64,000 bases of DNA from a virus (taxonomy: Duplodnaviria > Caudoviricetes). The stretch lies in IMG/VR virus record IMGVR_UViG_3300036770_007283; one strand, given 5' to 3'. Below the pieces are notes generated by a model, which saw only the letters and a program-made list of their open reading frames with translations, ran no database searches and was not told the DNA's origin. The number at the start of each line of letters is the position of its first letter. Position 1 is the stretch's first letter. Made by a program: the position numbers and the translations under genes. This document shows, piece after piece, positions 55,627 to 64,000 of this stretch.

Positions 55627-56255
55627 ATATCAATAATGATTTGACTTACTAAGTGATAAGATTCAGCAGCATCCGCACAAGAAGTAACTTGTGGTGATAA
55701 CTCCCTTGGACCTACTATACTGGCAGCAATAAAAGTACTGCCCCATAAATTTTGAAAATCTTGTGCAGATATATTAGACTGTTCGCTTTCATCAGAAACA
55801 AAAATAATTAAAGTTTGTGCTTCCGTTCTGAACCAATCACCATGAATTGTCTTGGCAGTAAGTGCTGATGAAAATCCTTCTTCTAAGCCACCAGCATTAG
55901 TTCTTAAAAGATCAATCAAGGATATAATCTCCCAACCCAAATCTGGCAAGCTAGAATCTAATTCTAAGAATAAACCATCAGTAGGATCCATGCTGATTAA
56001 AGATAATTTCCAATCAATACTTTTGTCGTCTAACTCTTGCGGAACTTTGGTTAGACCATAAGAAATAAAGCTCCAATCTTCCAACATAGAACAGCTATTA
56101 TCTAACACCAACAATACATCAAGCTTCGATGATTCTTGCAAAACATCAGTATCATGCTTTATATTTGGAATTTCGCGTAATTCATTCTCAGAATTACATG
56201 ACGCAACAATAACAAATAGTGTCAGCATAAATATATACTTAATATATTTTAGCAT
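55584..56255 (-). CDS. vWA-domain lipoprotein
   Basis: Lipobox VASC; LDVLLVLDNSCSM; IIFVSDE. Confidence 0.7.
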   Translation of the reverse strand: MLKYIKYIFMLTLFVIVASCNSENELREIPNIKHDTDVLQESSKLDVLLVLDNSCSMLEDWSFISYGLTKVPQELDDKSIDWKLSLISMDPTDGLFLELDSSLPDLGWEIISLIDLLRTNAGGLEEGFSSALTAKTIHGDWFRTEAQTLIIFVSDESEQSNISAQDFQNLWGSTFIAASIVGPRELSPQVTSCADAAESYHLVSQIIIDICITEPWSIIEQLP

Positions 56256-56437
56256 TTTCCCTCTCTATGTTTTAGATGTTACCTCGCTTTAAATTAACTA
56301 TTTTAGAATGGGGTGTTGAATTTAGAGACTAAAGCTATTATTTAAAATAGTAGATTATTATATCATAAAGTATTATACAATTAATTTTAATAAAATAGTT
56401 GCTAATTTTAGATAGTAAATTGTCATTGGAGATTATT

Positions 56438-59400
56438 ATGGAAGACAAGTTAGTAAAGCTTTATAATACAATCAAAAAATCATCGGGCAATCAAAAGGTT
56501 TTAAATAATTTATCCGATTTAATATCGGAATTCTCTGATGGAAGCATTATTAAAAATGCTTCTGATACAAAAGAAGCTCTTCGTGATAAGCTTAGGCGTC
56601 GGAACGAAGCACCTGCTAAGGTAGAAGAAGCAGGAAGAGAAAAAGAACTTATTGGTGGAGGCGAAAGTAGCCCACTACCAGACAGTAATGAAGATAAGCC
56701 TGAAGCTATACCTGCACCTAAAGATGAGCCTAAGAACCAAACTGATAGCACCAAATCAAATGTGAATACTAGTGATGTAAAAAAACCAGAAGGCAAAGGT
56801 AAAGGTGGGGATACATCTTTTAATCCATTTTCAAAAGGCTCTAAAGCTAAGGGTCTATTTCCCAAATCAGACGTACCAAAGGCGAGTGTAGGTTCTGAAG
56901 GTAAAACCCCAACCCCAAAAATGGAAATACCAAAAGGTAAAGAAAAGACGCAGATAGAAATGGAGTTTGAAGAATTTCTAAAAGACAGACTTAATGATCC
57001 TATGCTTAAAATCTATGAAGATGTTATAAGAAGGGACCGCCAGTTTTATCCTTATGGCAAGACTCTAGAAGAAATATTTCCTGAACATTATAAAGAAGTA
57101 TCAGTAGGCAAAGGAGCAACCGGCAAACAAGTGCCTTCAACAAAAGATGCGCCAAAAGATGCACCAAAAGATGATGAAAAGAAAGTTGTACCTGCGGCAC
57201 CTAAGGTTGAAGAAGTTGTTACAGAATACATTGAAGCAAAGGGCCCAAAGCCCATAACTATTGATAATGATGAACGATTATATAAACTCGACAGTGGTAT
57301 TTTAAGTATATATACTGTTGGTGGTAAATTTCTCTATAATCTAGATATAAAAACTATTGTACATTTAGAAGAGCCTCGTATTTTATACGAAAAAAATGTA
57401 TTTACATTGGTTAACGAAAATAATGAGCCGTATAATATTGTGCTTGATGAAAATACACAACAAATTTATAATGAAGCACAAGAAAATATAACTCAACCTG
57501 AATACATTAAAGAGGATGATGAGGGCCAGTTTAATGATGTAAGATTACCGCCAGCCCCTGCAGAAGGTGTTCAAGAAGCCGGCATTGCACCACCACAAGA
57601 TGAAAAGAACAAAGAAGTGGATGATAAAATAAGTGAGCTAAGAAATCACATCAAAGATACAATAGGCCCAAATACAGCGCTATTCAATGTGGCAACAGAA
57701 ATAGTTAATAACTACGAAGAACAGATGAGAATAAATCCAAAATCTAAAAAACTAAAAATAGAAGATATTAATAATATAATAAATTTGAAAAACTATGATG
57801 AAGGCCGAGGTGGTCGTCTTATCCCAAGTATTAAGAACATGAATATTGCAGGAAAAATAAAAGCGGCAATACCGGCAATTAATGATATGAAAATCAATGA
57901 ATTCAGGCAGTCGCTACTTTCTGAAAAGCCTACAGAAACAGCCGAAGTAAATGAATCACCACCAGCCGAAGATGTGGCTGTCGCAGAAAAGCCTAGTGGA
58001 GCAGCACAGCCTAATAAGGAAGTAACCTTTGCTGAAGGTGAATCCCCTGTTGAAGAAATACTGGGCCATAGATTATACATGGACTTTCAAATTGTGAACG
58101 CCGGTGTTCCGCCAACTGAACCCGCGGTAAAAGAAAAATATGATAAAATATATGAATTAGAAGGATTTGATACTTCTTATCATACTAAATATAAAGAAAA
58201 TAAAGAACTTATAGATAGTATTTACCATTTAAATATGGACAATGACGCGTACGCTTCAAGTGTTAATTTTTCTGTAGAAAGTGCATTTAATCGTGCATAT
58301 ACAGTCTTTGTCTTGCTGGGTATCATAAAGGATGATTCAGATTTAAATGAGATGATTAGAGGAATTAATAAAGTTAGTATTAAAAATAATAATGAAGATT
58401 CAAAAATATATACGACCTATTTGAATATGACAAAAGATATACAACTTTTAAAAGATTTTAATGTAGATGACCTAAGTGAACAAGACAAACGAGCACAAAA
58501 TAAGTTGGACTTTTGTAGGCTTTATCTATCAGAGAGTGATAGCCTAGAGGATATATTACCTTTCAATATAGATGACGCTGTTATTAATATCTACCAACCA
58601 GTTGGAGAAGGTCGTCTTTCATTTGCTATTAAAGACGTTATTGATCGCGTTTTTAATATAGCAAAAATATACGAATTTTATAACAACCATAATAGTGAGA
58701 GAGGTTATGCTTCTAATGTTTCTGCCGAACTTTTTATATCTAGATTTAATCTAGATTTAATTAGATTTAATTATATCAACCATATTAAACTTAGTAATCA
58801 CTGGCGCTCTAAGTATGATAAAATAAAAAAAATCAAAGACGCAGAAGGTTTTGATAATGCTATTATTCAAGAAGCATATAAAAATAATAAAACAAAAGCT
58901 GATAAAATATACTCAACAGAATTGGAAGATAGTTCAAGTATCCTAATGCGAAGAAGTAATCAAGACGTTATTAACCGCCTATTTGAAGTATTTAAATTTT
59001 CAAATTTGGTTGATGAGTCCGATATTCCTGCCGAAGAAAATGTGGGGGCTTATGAACAAACTTTTGATGAAGATATTATATCGTCAGAATTTGAGTCAGT
59101 ATTATTGCGCATAAATAAAGACGTAACTACATTGGGCAAGATAAATGCCGATACTCTTTCGCCCGAATTGAAAGTTAATTATGAAGATATTATTAAATCT
59201 CGTAACTTGCTTGATTCAAAAAATATTATAGCAACATTTATGAACCATAAAGATAAGAAAATTATTATAAGTGATCTACTAAAGATAGTTAGTGACACCA
59301 AAGAATATTATACTGGAGAAGAAACAGACAAACAGCTTATTGAACGTATGTCCAAATACCTTAATTTTATTAAGAATAAAATTTCAAATACTCCCCCAAC

Positions 59401-61444
59401 AGAGAAAGAACTTACCGAAGTTAAAACTCCAGCTGATATAAACCCTGAATTGGTGACTGAATTTTCAGAACAAGAACAAACAGCAGAACCTGCTCAAAGT
59501 ACAACAGAAACTGTATACAATGAAAATGATGAAGTAAAAGAAAAACTCTCGAAAAGAATAAACGATGACTTCGATAAATTAAAGAAAATTAATACAGATG
59601 AACTTAACCAAGATAAACTAAAAAAATATAATGATGTTGAAAAACTTAATATAAGTAAGGCTTTAGCAGCAGTTAGTAATATATTCGAAGAAAAAAAGTA
59701 TGAACTTTCAAGTCTGTATCTTTTAGAAGAAAAAAATATCCAACAACACATGACAGATACTGACGTTATTGACCGACTATTTAAATTGTCTAACCTAATC
59801 CAAACAGAACCTACTTCTGAACCTGCAGCTGAAGCTGCAACTACTGTTAGGATTCCAGCGCAGTCGAATGACCTAGGGCTATCTGGTGATATCAGTCAGG
59901 CCACTATGCTAGGTTTGGTTGGCTATATAAATAGGCTTAATGGCTTAGGCGGCAGTAGGGATACAGACGTTATAAATTATCATAATAGTACAAAAGAAAA
60001 AATCATTCCAATAATAAATGAAATATTTAGACTAGCCAAGAAACGTGGTGATTATTACTCAACATTTAAGACCCTTAAAAAAGAGATTGATGAATTAGCT
60101 GAAAAACCAAATGCCAGTAAGACAGTACAAGTTGCTAAATATTTAAATGATTTAATCTCACAATTTGAAACTGCAAAAAATGATTTAGAAGCAAAAATCA
60201 AAGAAAAGGAAGAACAAGACTCAAAAGCTAAGCAAGAAGCTGAGTCCACCAAGACTTCAGAGTTACAAAATAAGATTCAACAACTACCAGAATATTTTTC
60301 CAATGCTTTTAATACTTTAATTAGTATGTCTGATGATCAAAAAATAATACAATTAAAAAGCGGCAAGGATGTAAACGTTGAAGATTATTTTAAGAATACA
60401 ATCTTCGTCATTCCAAGTATCCCTAATATAGATGATTTTGTTGAAAAAATGAGTCATGAAATTTCCAATAGTACAAAACTTGGAGATAAACTTGTAGAAA
60501 TCTGGATCGACAAAAGAAGTAATGAATTTTATAATAGAAAAATTAATGAAAAAATTTATAATACCGGATTCTTGGTCCAAAAGTACATGCGGCCTAGACC
60601 TACTAAAAAACAAGAGGATACAACCGATCCATCTGGTACAAAACAAGAAACGCATCCTGCACCTAGTGAAAAAGCTGAAAAAGCTGAAGAAGCTACAAGA
60701 ACTAGCATGGATGATTTACTTAATATGATTGGTCAAACACCGGAGAAAAGTGTAGCAGAACCAACTGCATCTGAAACTGCAACTGAAGATAGGCCACCTG
60801 CAACCAAAGAAGTCAATCAACCAGAGAAAGAAGGTAGAACAAGACAAAATCAAAATCAAAATCAAAACCAAAGAGCACTTGGTAGATTGCTTAGTACTAG
60901 AACAGAAGGAGCACCTGGGGGCCTTGCTGAAAAGATTGTGACGCCAGTAGTCGAACCAGAAGTAACAGCACCGCCAGCAGAACCTTCCGAACCACCATCA
61001 AAACCAGCAGAGTTACCACCAACACCACAACCACCACCCGAAATTCAAGAGCCCAAGGTGGTTAAGAAAGCTGATAAACTATTAAAATTTATAAAAGATA
61101 CCAATCAAAATCGTGACATTGTTATTGTAGGAAATGATAAAGGTAATAAAAAATATTCACTTTATAGGGGTGAAGACACTAATAATGAATGGGTGTATTT
61201 TGAGGGTGTTATTATCGAAAATAAGAAAGCAAAATACAACAACATAAGCCAACCAGAAGGTGTAAATACAGCTTTAGAACAGCTTCGTGAGATAGCAGAT
61301 CTTGATAAATATATAAAAGATAGCAATGTCGAAGTAAATGAAGTTAATACGGCAAAAAAACAAGGGCTTATAGACTTAAACAGTATCTTAATTAGTGAGA
61401 GAACAATTAACAATACAAATACATTTAACAAGCTATTAGTTTAA
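56438..61444 (+). CDS. Very large (~1668 aa) acidic, low-complexity protein; candidate internal/ejection or structural protein
   Basis: The start was moved to ATG 56438 (GGAG SD). Leader MEDKLVKLYN...IIKNAS; PKDAPKD, QNQNQNQN and PEP-rich linkers. Confidence 0.7.
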   Translation: MEDKLVKLYNTIKKSSGNQKVLNNLSDLISEFSDGSIIKNASDTKEALRDKLRRRNEAPAKVEEAGREKELIGGGESSPLPDSNEDKPEAIPAPKDEPKNQTDSTKSNVNTSDVKKPEGKGKGGDTSFNPFSKGSKAKGLFPKSDVPKASVGSEGKTPTPKMEIPKGKEKTQIEMEFEEFLKDRLNDPMLKIYEDVIRRDRQFYPYGKTLEEIFPEHYKEVSVGKGATGKQVPSTKDAPKDAPKDDEKKVVPAAPKVEEVVTEYIEAKGPKPITIDNDERLYKLDSGILSIYTVGGKFLYNLDIKTIVHLEEPRILYEKNVFTLVNENNEPYNIVLDENTQQIYNEAQENITQPEYIKEDDEGQFNDVRLPPAPAEGVQEAGIAPPQDEKNKEVDDKISELRNHIKDTIGPNTALFNVATEIVNNYEEQMRINPKSKKLKIEDINNIINLKNYDEGRGGRLIPSIKNMNIAGKIKAAIPAINDMKINEFRQSLLSEKPTETAEVNESPPAEDVAVAEKPSGAAQPNKEVTFAEGESPVEEILGHRLYMDFQIVNAGVPPTEPAVKEKYDKIYELEGFDTSYHTKYKENKELIDSIYHLNMDNDAYASSVNFSVESAFNRAYTVFVLLGIIKDDSDLNEMIRGINKVSIKNNNEDSKIYTTYLNMTKDIQLLKDFNVDDLSEQDKRAQNKLDFCRLYLSESDSLEDILPFNIDDAVINIYQPVGEGRLSFAIKDVIDRVFNIAKIYEFYNNHNSERGYASNVSAELFISRFNLDLIRFNYINHIKLSNHWRSKYDKIKKIKDAEGFDNAIIQEAYKNNKTKADKIYSTELEDSSSILMRRSNQDVINRLFEVFKFSNLVDESDIPAEENVGAYEQTFDEDIISSEFESVLLRINKDVTTLGKINADTLSPELKVNYEDIIKSRNLLDSKNIIATFMNHKDKKIIISDLLKIVSDTKEYYTGEETDKQLIERMSKYLNFIKNKISNTPPTEKELTEVKTPADINPELVTEFSEQEQTAEPAQSTTETVYNENDEVKEKLSKRINDDFDKLKKINTDELNQDKLKKYNDVEKLNISKALAAVSNIFEEKKYELSSLYLLEEKNIQQHMTDTDVIDRLFKLSNLIQTEPTSEPAAEAATTVRIPAQSNDLGLSGDISQATMLGLVGYINRLNGLGGSRDTDVINYHNSTKEKIIPIINEIFRLAKKRGDYYSTFKTLKKEIDELAEKPNASKTVQVAKYLNDLISQFETAKNDLEAKIKEKEEQDSKAKQEAESTKTSELQNKIQQLPEYFSNAFNTLISMSDDQKIIQLKSGKDVNVEDYFKNTIFVIPSIPNIDDFVEKMSHEISNSTKLGDKLVEIWIDKRSNEFYNRKINEKIYNTGFLVQKYMRPRPTKKQEDTTDPSGTKQETHPAPSEKAEKAEEATRTSMDDLLNMIGQTPEKSVAEPTASETATEDRPPATKEVNQPEKEGRTRQNQNQNQNQRALGRLLSTRTEGAPGGLAEKIVTPVVEPEVTAPPAEPSEPPSKPAELPPTPQPPPEIQEPKVVKKADKLLKFIKDTNQNRDIVIVGNDKGNKKYSLYRGEDTNNEWVYFEGVIIENKKAKYNNISQPEGVNTALEQLREIADLDKYIKDSNVEVNEVNTAKKQGLIDLNSILISERTINNTNTFNKLLV

Positions 61445-61884
61445 TAATCTCTAAAACTTTTAGAGAGTAAATAACCAATAGAGTCGCCAGCATTTTCTTC
61501 GTTCAAATGCCGCCCTTCTAAAATTAGATTTGATGGACCCAAAAAGTAATAACATGCTTGGTTGGGTCCATTATTTGTTTTGCCACCCTTTGTTAGACGA
61601 TACCATTCTCGATAAGCATCTTGTTGATACAAATCCTTAGTTACCTTAGACCAAGAATCACCATTAAAATACCAAACCACATAAGGGTCTTTGATTTTTG
61701 AACTCCGACTCCTCCAATTTCCAAAAGCTTTTGCAATATCTAAGACCAACTCTTCATCGAAACCTAACTCTGAATTGGAACCATTTTCCAATCCAGAAGA
61801 CAAGCTGTTATAAATATCCATAGAATATAAAGAAATTAATTCCATCGCCTCTTTGATTGACTTATTAGACATTGTTTTCTCCAA
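61441..61884 (-). CDS. Hypothetical protein
   Basis: Convergent with the giant ORF. Confidence 0.55.
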   Translation of the reverse strand: MEKTMSNKSIKEAMELISLYSMDIYNSLSSGLENGSNSELGFDEELVLDIAKAFGNWRSRSSKIKDPYVVWYFNGDSWSKVTKDLYQQDAYREWYRLTKGGKTNNGPNQACYYFLGPSNLILEGRHLNEENAGDSIGYLLSKSFRDY

Positions 61885-61911
61885 AAACTATTTATATTTT
61901 TCTATAAAATC

Positions 61912-62280
61912 ATGAAAGATAAACTAAAAAAACTAGCTCAAGAAATTAAACAATGGGATTTGGAAAGATGCTATCAAATTGAAAAATTAGCTGGCAGATA
62001 TGACAAAGCAATTTCACCACCTCCTGAAGGTTTACAGCATTGTATTAAATATATAATCTATCTAAAACTAATGAGAAATTTAGATGATGCTTCATTCCAC
62101 GCCTTAAAAAGAAAGTATCGAGATACCAAAACCGAAATACAGCTAGAATGTCAAAAAGAATTAGATAAATTAATTTTAGAAGATGCTATTAAACAGAAAA
62201 TCCCTTCTTCGACCATAAGAAGGGAGTTTCAAGATAGATTTGAAAAGTATTTTCCAACATATATAAAAGAAGATTCTTAA
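61912..62280 (+). CDS. Hypothetical protein with the shared leader motif
   Basis: MKDKLKKLAQEI...IEKLA. Confidence 0.6.
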   Translation: MKDKLKKLAQEIKQWDLERCYQIEKLAGRYDKAISPPPEGLQHCIKYIIYLKLMRNLDDASFHALKRKYRDTKTEIQLECQKELDKLILEDAIKQKIPSSTIRREFQDRFEKYFPTYIKEDS

Positions 62281-62290
62281 AAATAAGATA

Positions 62291-62444
62291 AAGTCAGGAT
62301 GGGATTTTAACCCACCTCCTCTCCTAAAAGAACGTTAGTATTGCAAATTGAAAGAAAATCAAATAAAGATTAATTTGCAATTAATTTTATATTTTGCGAG
62401 CGCTCTGTAGTTCTTTCTACTAGGTATCATTGAGCTACTGACTT
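62291..62444 (-). ncRNA. tRNA-like structured RNA, copy B (no recognisable anticodon loop, no encoded CCA)
   Basis: Acceptor AAGTCAG/CTGACTT, TAGCTC..GAGC D-stem, T-arm GGTGGG-TTAAAAT-CCCATC, 72-nt central insert. Confidence 0.75.
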
Positions 62445-62806
62445 TACTTATTGTTTAAGAATGTTCTCAAATTAAACACAATTTCTTCTTTAGCTTTATT
62501 AGAAATAAGATTACTGTCCAAAACTTCTTCCAGCGAAGTGTCTAAAAACTTTTTCTTATTTTTCTGTTTTAACTTCCAAATAAGTTTAATATCAACAAAC
62601 TCACCAATCCCACTTGGCCAAAAAACTTTTTTAACTATCAGAAAGAATCTACTTCCACGGATGTTAAATATTTCTGCATCTGGTGAATAGGCTGGACCTA
62701 TTTTTGTTAGTACAAAAGTATTCAAACTATTTAATTCATTTATTTTCTTCTGAAATCTGTCTTGGGCATCTTCATAGCTCTCAAATAAATTGTCTAATGA
62801 AATCAT
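62444..62806 (-). CDS. Hypothetical protein between the two tRNA-like RNAs (ends ..EEIVFNLRTFL)
   Basis: The start was moved to ATG 62806; the longer ORF-track start runs through RNA copy A. Confidence 0.6.
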   Translation of the reverse strand: MISLDNLFESYEDAQDRFQKKINELNSLNTFVLTKIGPAYSPDAEIFNIRGSRFFLIVKKVFWPSGIGEFVDIKLIWKLKQKNKKKFLDTSLEEVLDSNLISNKAKEEIVFNLRTFLNNK

Positions 62807-62816
62807 GTTGCACCAA

Positions 62817-62980
62817 AAGCCGGGGCGGGATTTTAACCCGCCTCCTCTCCTAACTATTAGGTATATAATACAAACTGGAAGAAGCCTATCGGCTAATCTG
62901 TATCTCAAATGCTTAAAAACATAGAATCTTATGGAGCGCTCTGTAGTTCCTCCTACTAAGTATCATTGAGCTACCGGCTT
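62817..62980 (-). ncRNA. tRNA-like structured RNA, copy A
   Basis: Acceptor AAGCCGG/CCGGCTT, D-stem GCTC/GAGC, T-arm GGCGGG-TTAAAAT-CCCGCC, 82-nt central insert. Confidence 0.78.
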
Positions 62981-63018
62981 TTTAAATGGTACCAATTTTG
63001 CTTTGGGCTTTCAAAAAA

Positions 63019-63405
63019 TTATATTTCTACCAGATTATATAAAATAGTGACTAAGGTAATTCTGTATTGCAATTCTATTTTAAGAGGCCCAGAAACATAC
63101 GCAATCTTCTCACCTAATGTTATTTCTGAAATATAAGTAGTAAACCATACTTCTATCTTATGGCAGACCAATTCTATATATTTTTCCATTTCACCATCAT
63201 CGTAGTCGAAGACTTCATATGAATGAACTGGAACTATTACCTTAGCCTCTCTAATTGGCTCTAGCGGAAGGCTAGTATCAAATGTAATATGACGATCATA
63301 AATGGCTGGATTAAGCCAAGCCATTTTATGATCGCCACCTCTTTGCTCTAATTTTAGGATTACTTTACCTCTTATTTCTTGCTCTACTTGCTCTCTGTAT
63401 GACAT
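63019..63405 (-). CDS. Hypothetical protein
   Basis: ORF in an operon. Confidence 0.55.
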   Translation of the reverse strand: MSYREQVEQEIRGKVILKLEQRGGDHKMAWLNPAIYDRHITFDTSLPLEPIREAKVIVPVHSYEVFDYDDGEMEKYIELVCHKIEVWFTTYISEITLGEKIAYVSGPLKIELQYRITLVTILYNLVEI

Positions 63406-63566
63406 TGATTTTCTCGCTCAATACGAAGCAAAACATCTTTTTTTTCTTCATCTGTCATACCTCGCCATGTGCGAAATTCATCAACGGTTCTTTTGCAGCC
63501 AAGACAGGTGTTTGTTACTTCGTCAAAGTTACAATTTTTAATGCAGGGTGATTTTACCATTTCCAC
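63384..63566 (-). CDS. DUF1289-like small Cys protein
   Basis: SPCIKNC...CLGCKRT..E...W..M...EK. Confidence 0.75.
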   Translation of the reverse strand: MEMVKSPCIKNCNFDEVTNTCLGCKRTVDEFRTWRGMTDEEKKDVLLRIERENQCHTESK

Positions 63567-63656
63567 ATCCTTATTTGGTTTGGGAAGTAATAAAACAACA
63601 GATGCACAACACCTTTATTATAAAAATTCCCAGATATTTTAGTCTGGGAATAATTA

Positions 63657-63938
63657 TCAATGGGCTGGAGTGGTTGGTACGGCAGTAGTAGTTGGTGTAA
63701 CTGTGGTTGTAGTTGGGGTAACAGTTGTAACACCATCTACAACTACTGGAGTAACTTCAGTAGTGGTAACTGCTTCTGATACACCGGTGGTTACATCAGT
63801 AGATGAAACTGGGGTTACAACAGGTGCAGGGGTAACTACTGCTGCGGCATCGGTATCTTGCACACTTGGGGTCTGCTCACTTACCTCAACGCCACCACAA
63901 GCAGTTAAAAATAGTGTCATCCATACTAACTTAGTCAT
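63657..63938 (-). CDS. Thr/Val/Pro-rich small lipoprotein
   Basis: Lipobox LTAC followed by low-complexity TTVTP repeats. Confidence 0.6.
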   Translation of the reverse strand: MTKLVWMTLFLTACGGVEVSEQTPSVQDTDAAAVVTPAPVVTPVSSTDVTTGVSEAVTTTEVTPVVVDGVTTVTPTTTTVTPTTTAVPTTPAH

Positions 63939-64000
63939 CTTGTCTCCTTTTATTTATTAACTTATTTTTGCAAGTTAATAATCTATTGTTAAAACTTGAA

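Noticed and set aside
60846-60869. Short tandem repeats (CAAAAT)n; also GTAGAT/GTAGCT at ~18762-18785 and the repeats in 63657-63938
   Set aside because: Coding low-complexity sequence (QN, TS/TA, TTVTP), not CRISPR or contingency loci. No repeat-spacer array was seen in the window.
62291-62980. Canonical or simply intron-containing tRNA genes, or tmRNA
   Set aside because: No 7-nt loop with U33 and a valid anticodon can be rebuilt; the T-loop lacks C56; there is no CCA, no G3-U70 and no clear tag frame.
1104-63960. Numerous short opposite-strand or alternate-frame ORFs in the track (e.g. 7387-7800, 17823-18062, 25007-25312, 38564-38893, 56491-56865, 63670-63960)
   Set aside because: They lie fully within longer motif-bearing genes, lack SDs and look like antisense shadows.
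1-64000. Bacterial chromosome or eukaryotic giant virus (NCLDV) origin
   Set aside because: Housekeeping genes are isolated from their operons among ORFans and virion-like genes. Strong SD sequences, sigma70-like promoters and operon packing indicate a bacterial virus. Hallmark capsid and terminase genes are not in this window, so the call is inferential.

Overview
AT-rich, gene-dense 64-kb segment, mostly minus-strand, translating normally with code 11. It is best read as part of a jumbo/huge dsDNA bacteriophage genome. Phage-type genes (tail-fibre-like repeat proteins, homing endonucleases, inteins, GH46 and M15-like wall hydrolases, many ORFans) are mixed with isolated host-like genes outside their usual bacterial operons (HU, khpA, thyX, guaB, purA, groEL, two Hsp20, sohB, infC, lysS, def, feoA, uvsE, fpg/nei, SpoU). 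No rRNA, canonical tRNA or CRISPR array was seen. Highlights: (1) purA carries a 12-nt in-frame insertion inside its catalytic WGDExKGK motif. It places a UAA stop in the loop of a 9-bp hairpin between two Gly codons (GGU...GGC), the layout expected for ribosomal bypassing or a micro-intron. (2) Two 154-164-nt tRNA-shaped RNAs with compensatory base changes, an enlarged D-loop and a structured 72-82-nt insert in place of the anticodon loop tightly flank one gene. (3) guaB is fractured by a split intein with a free-standing endonuclease between the halves. (4) A 304-aa intein sits in a DUF5872-like, probably virion, protein. (5) Two candidate promoter classes occur: TTTAAT-N17-TATA(C/T)(T/C) in 6 copies, and (C)TGCTAATA, twice embedded in RBS-sequestering hairpins. 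All annotations come from motif recognition by eye; no database searches were run.
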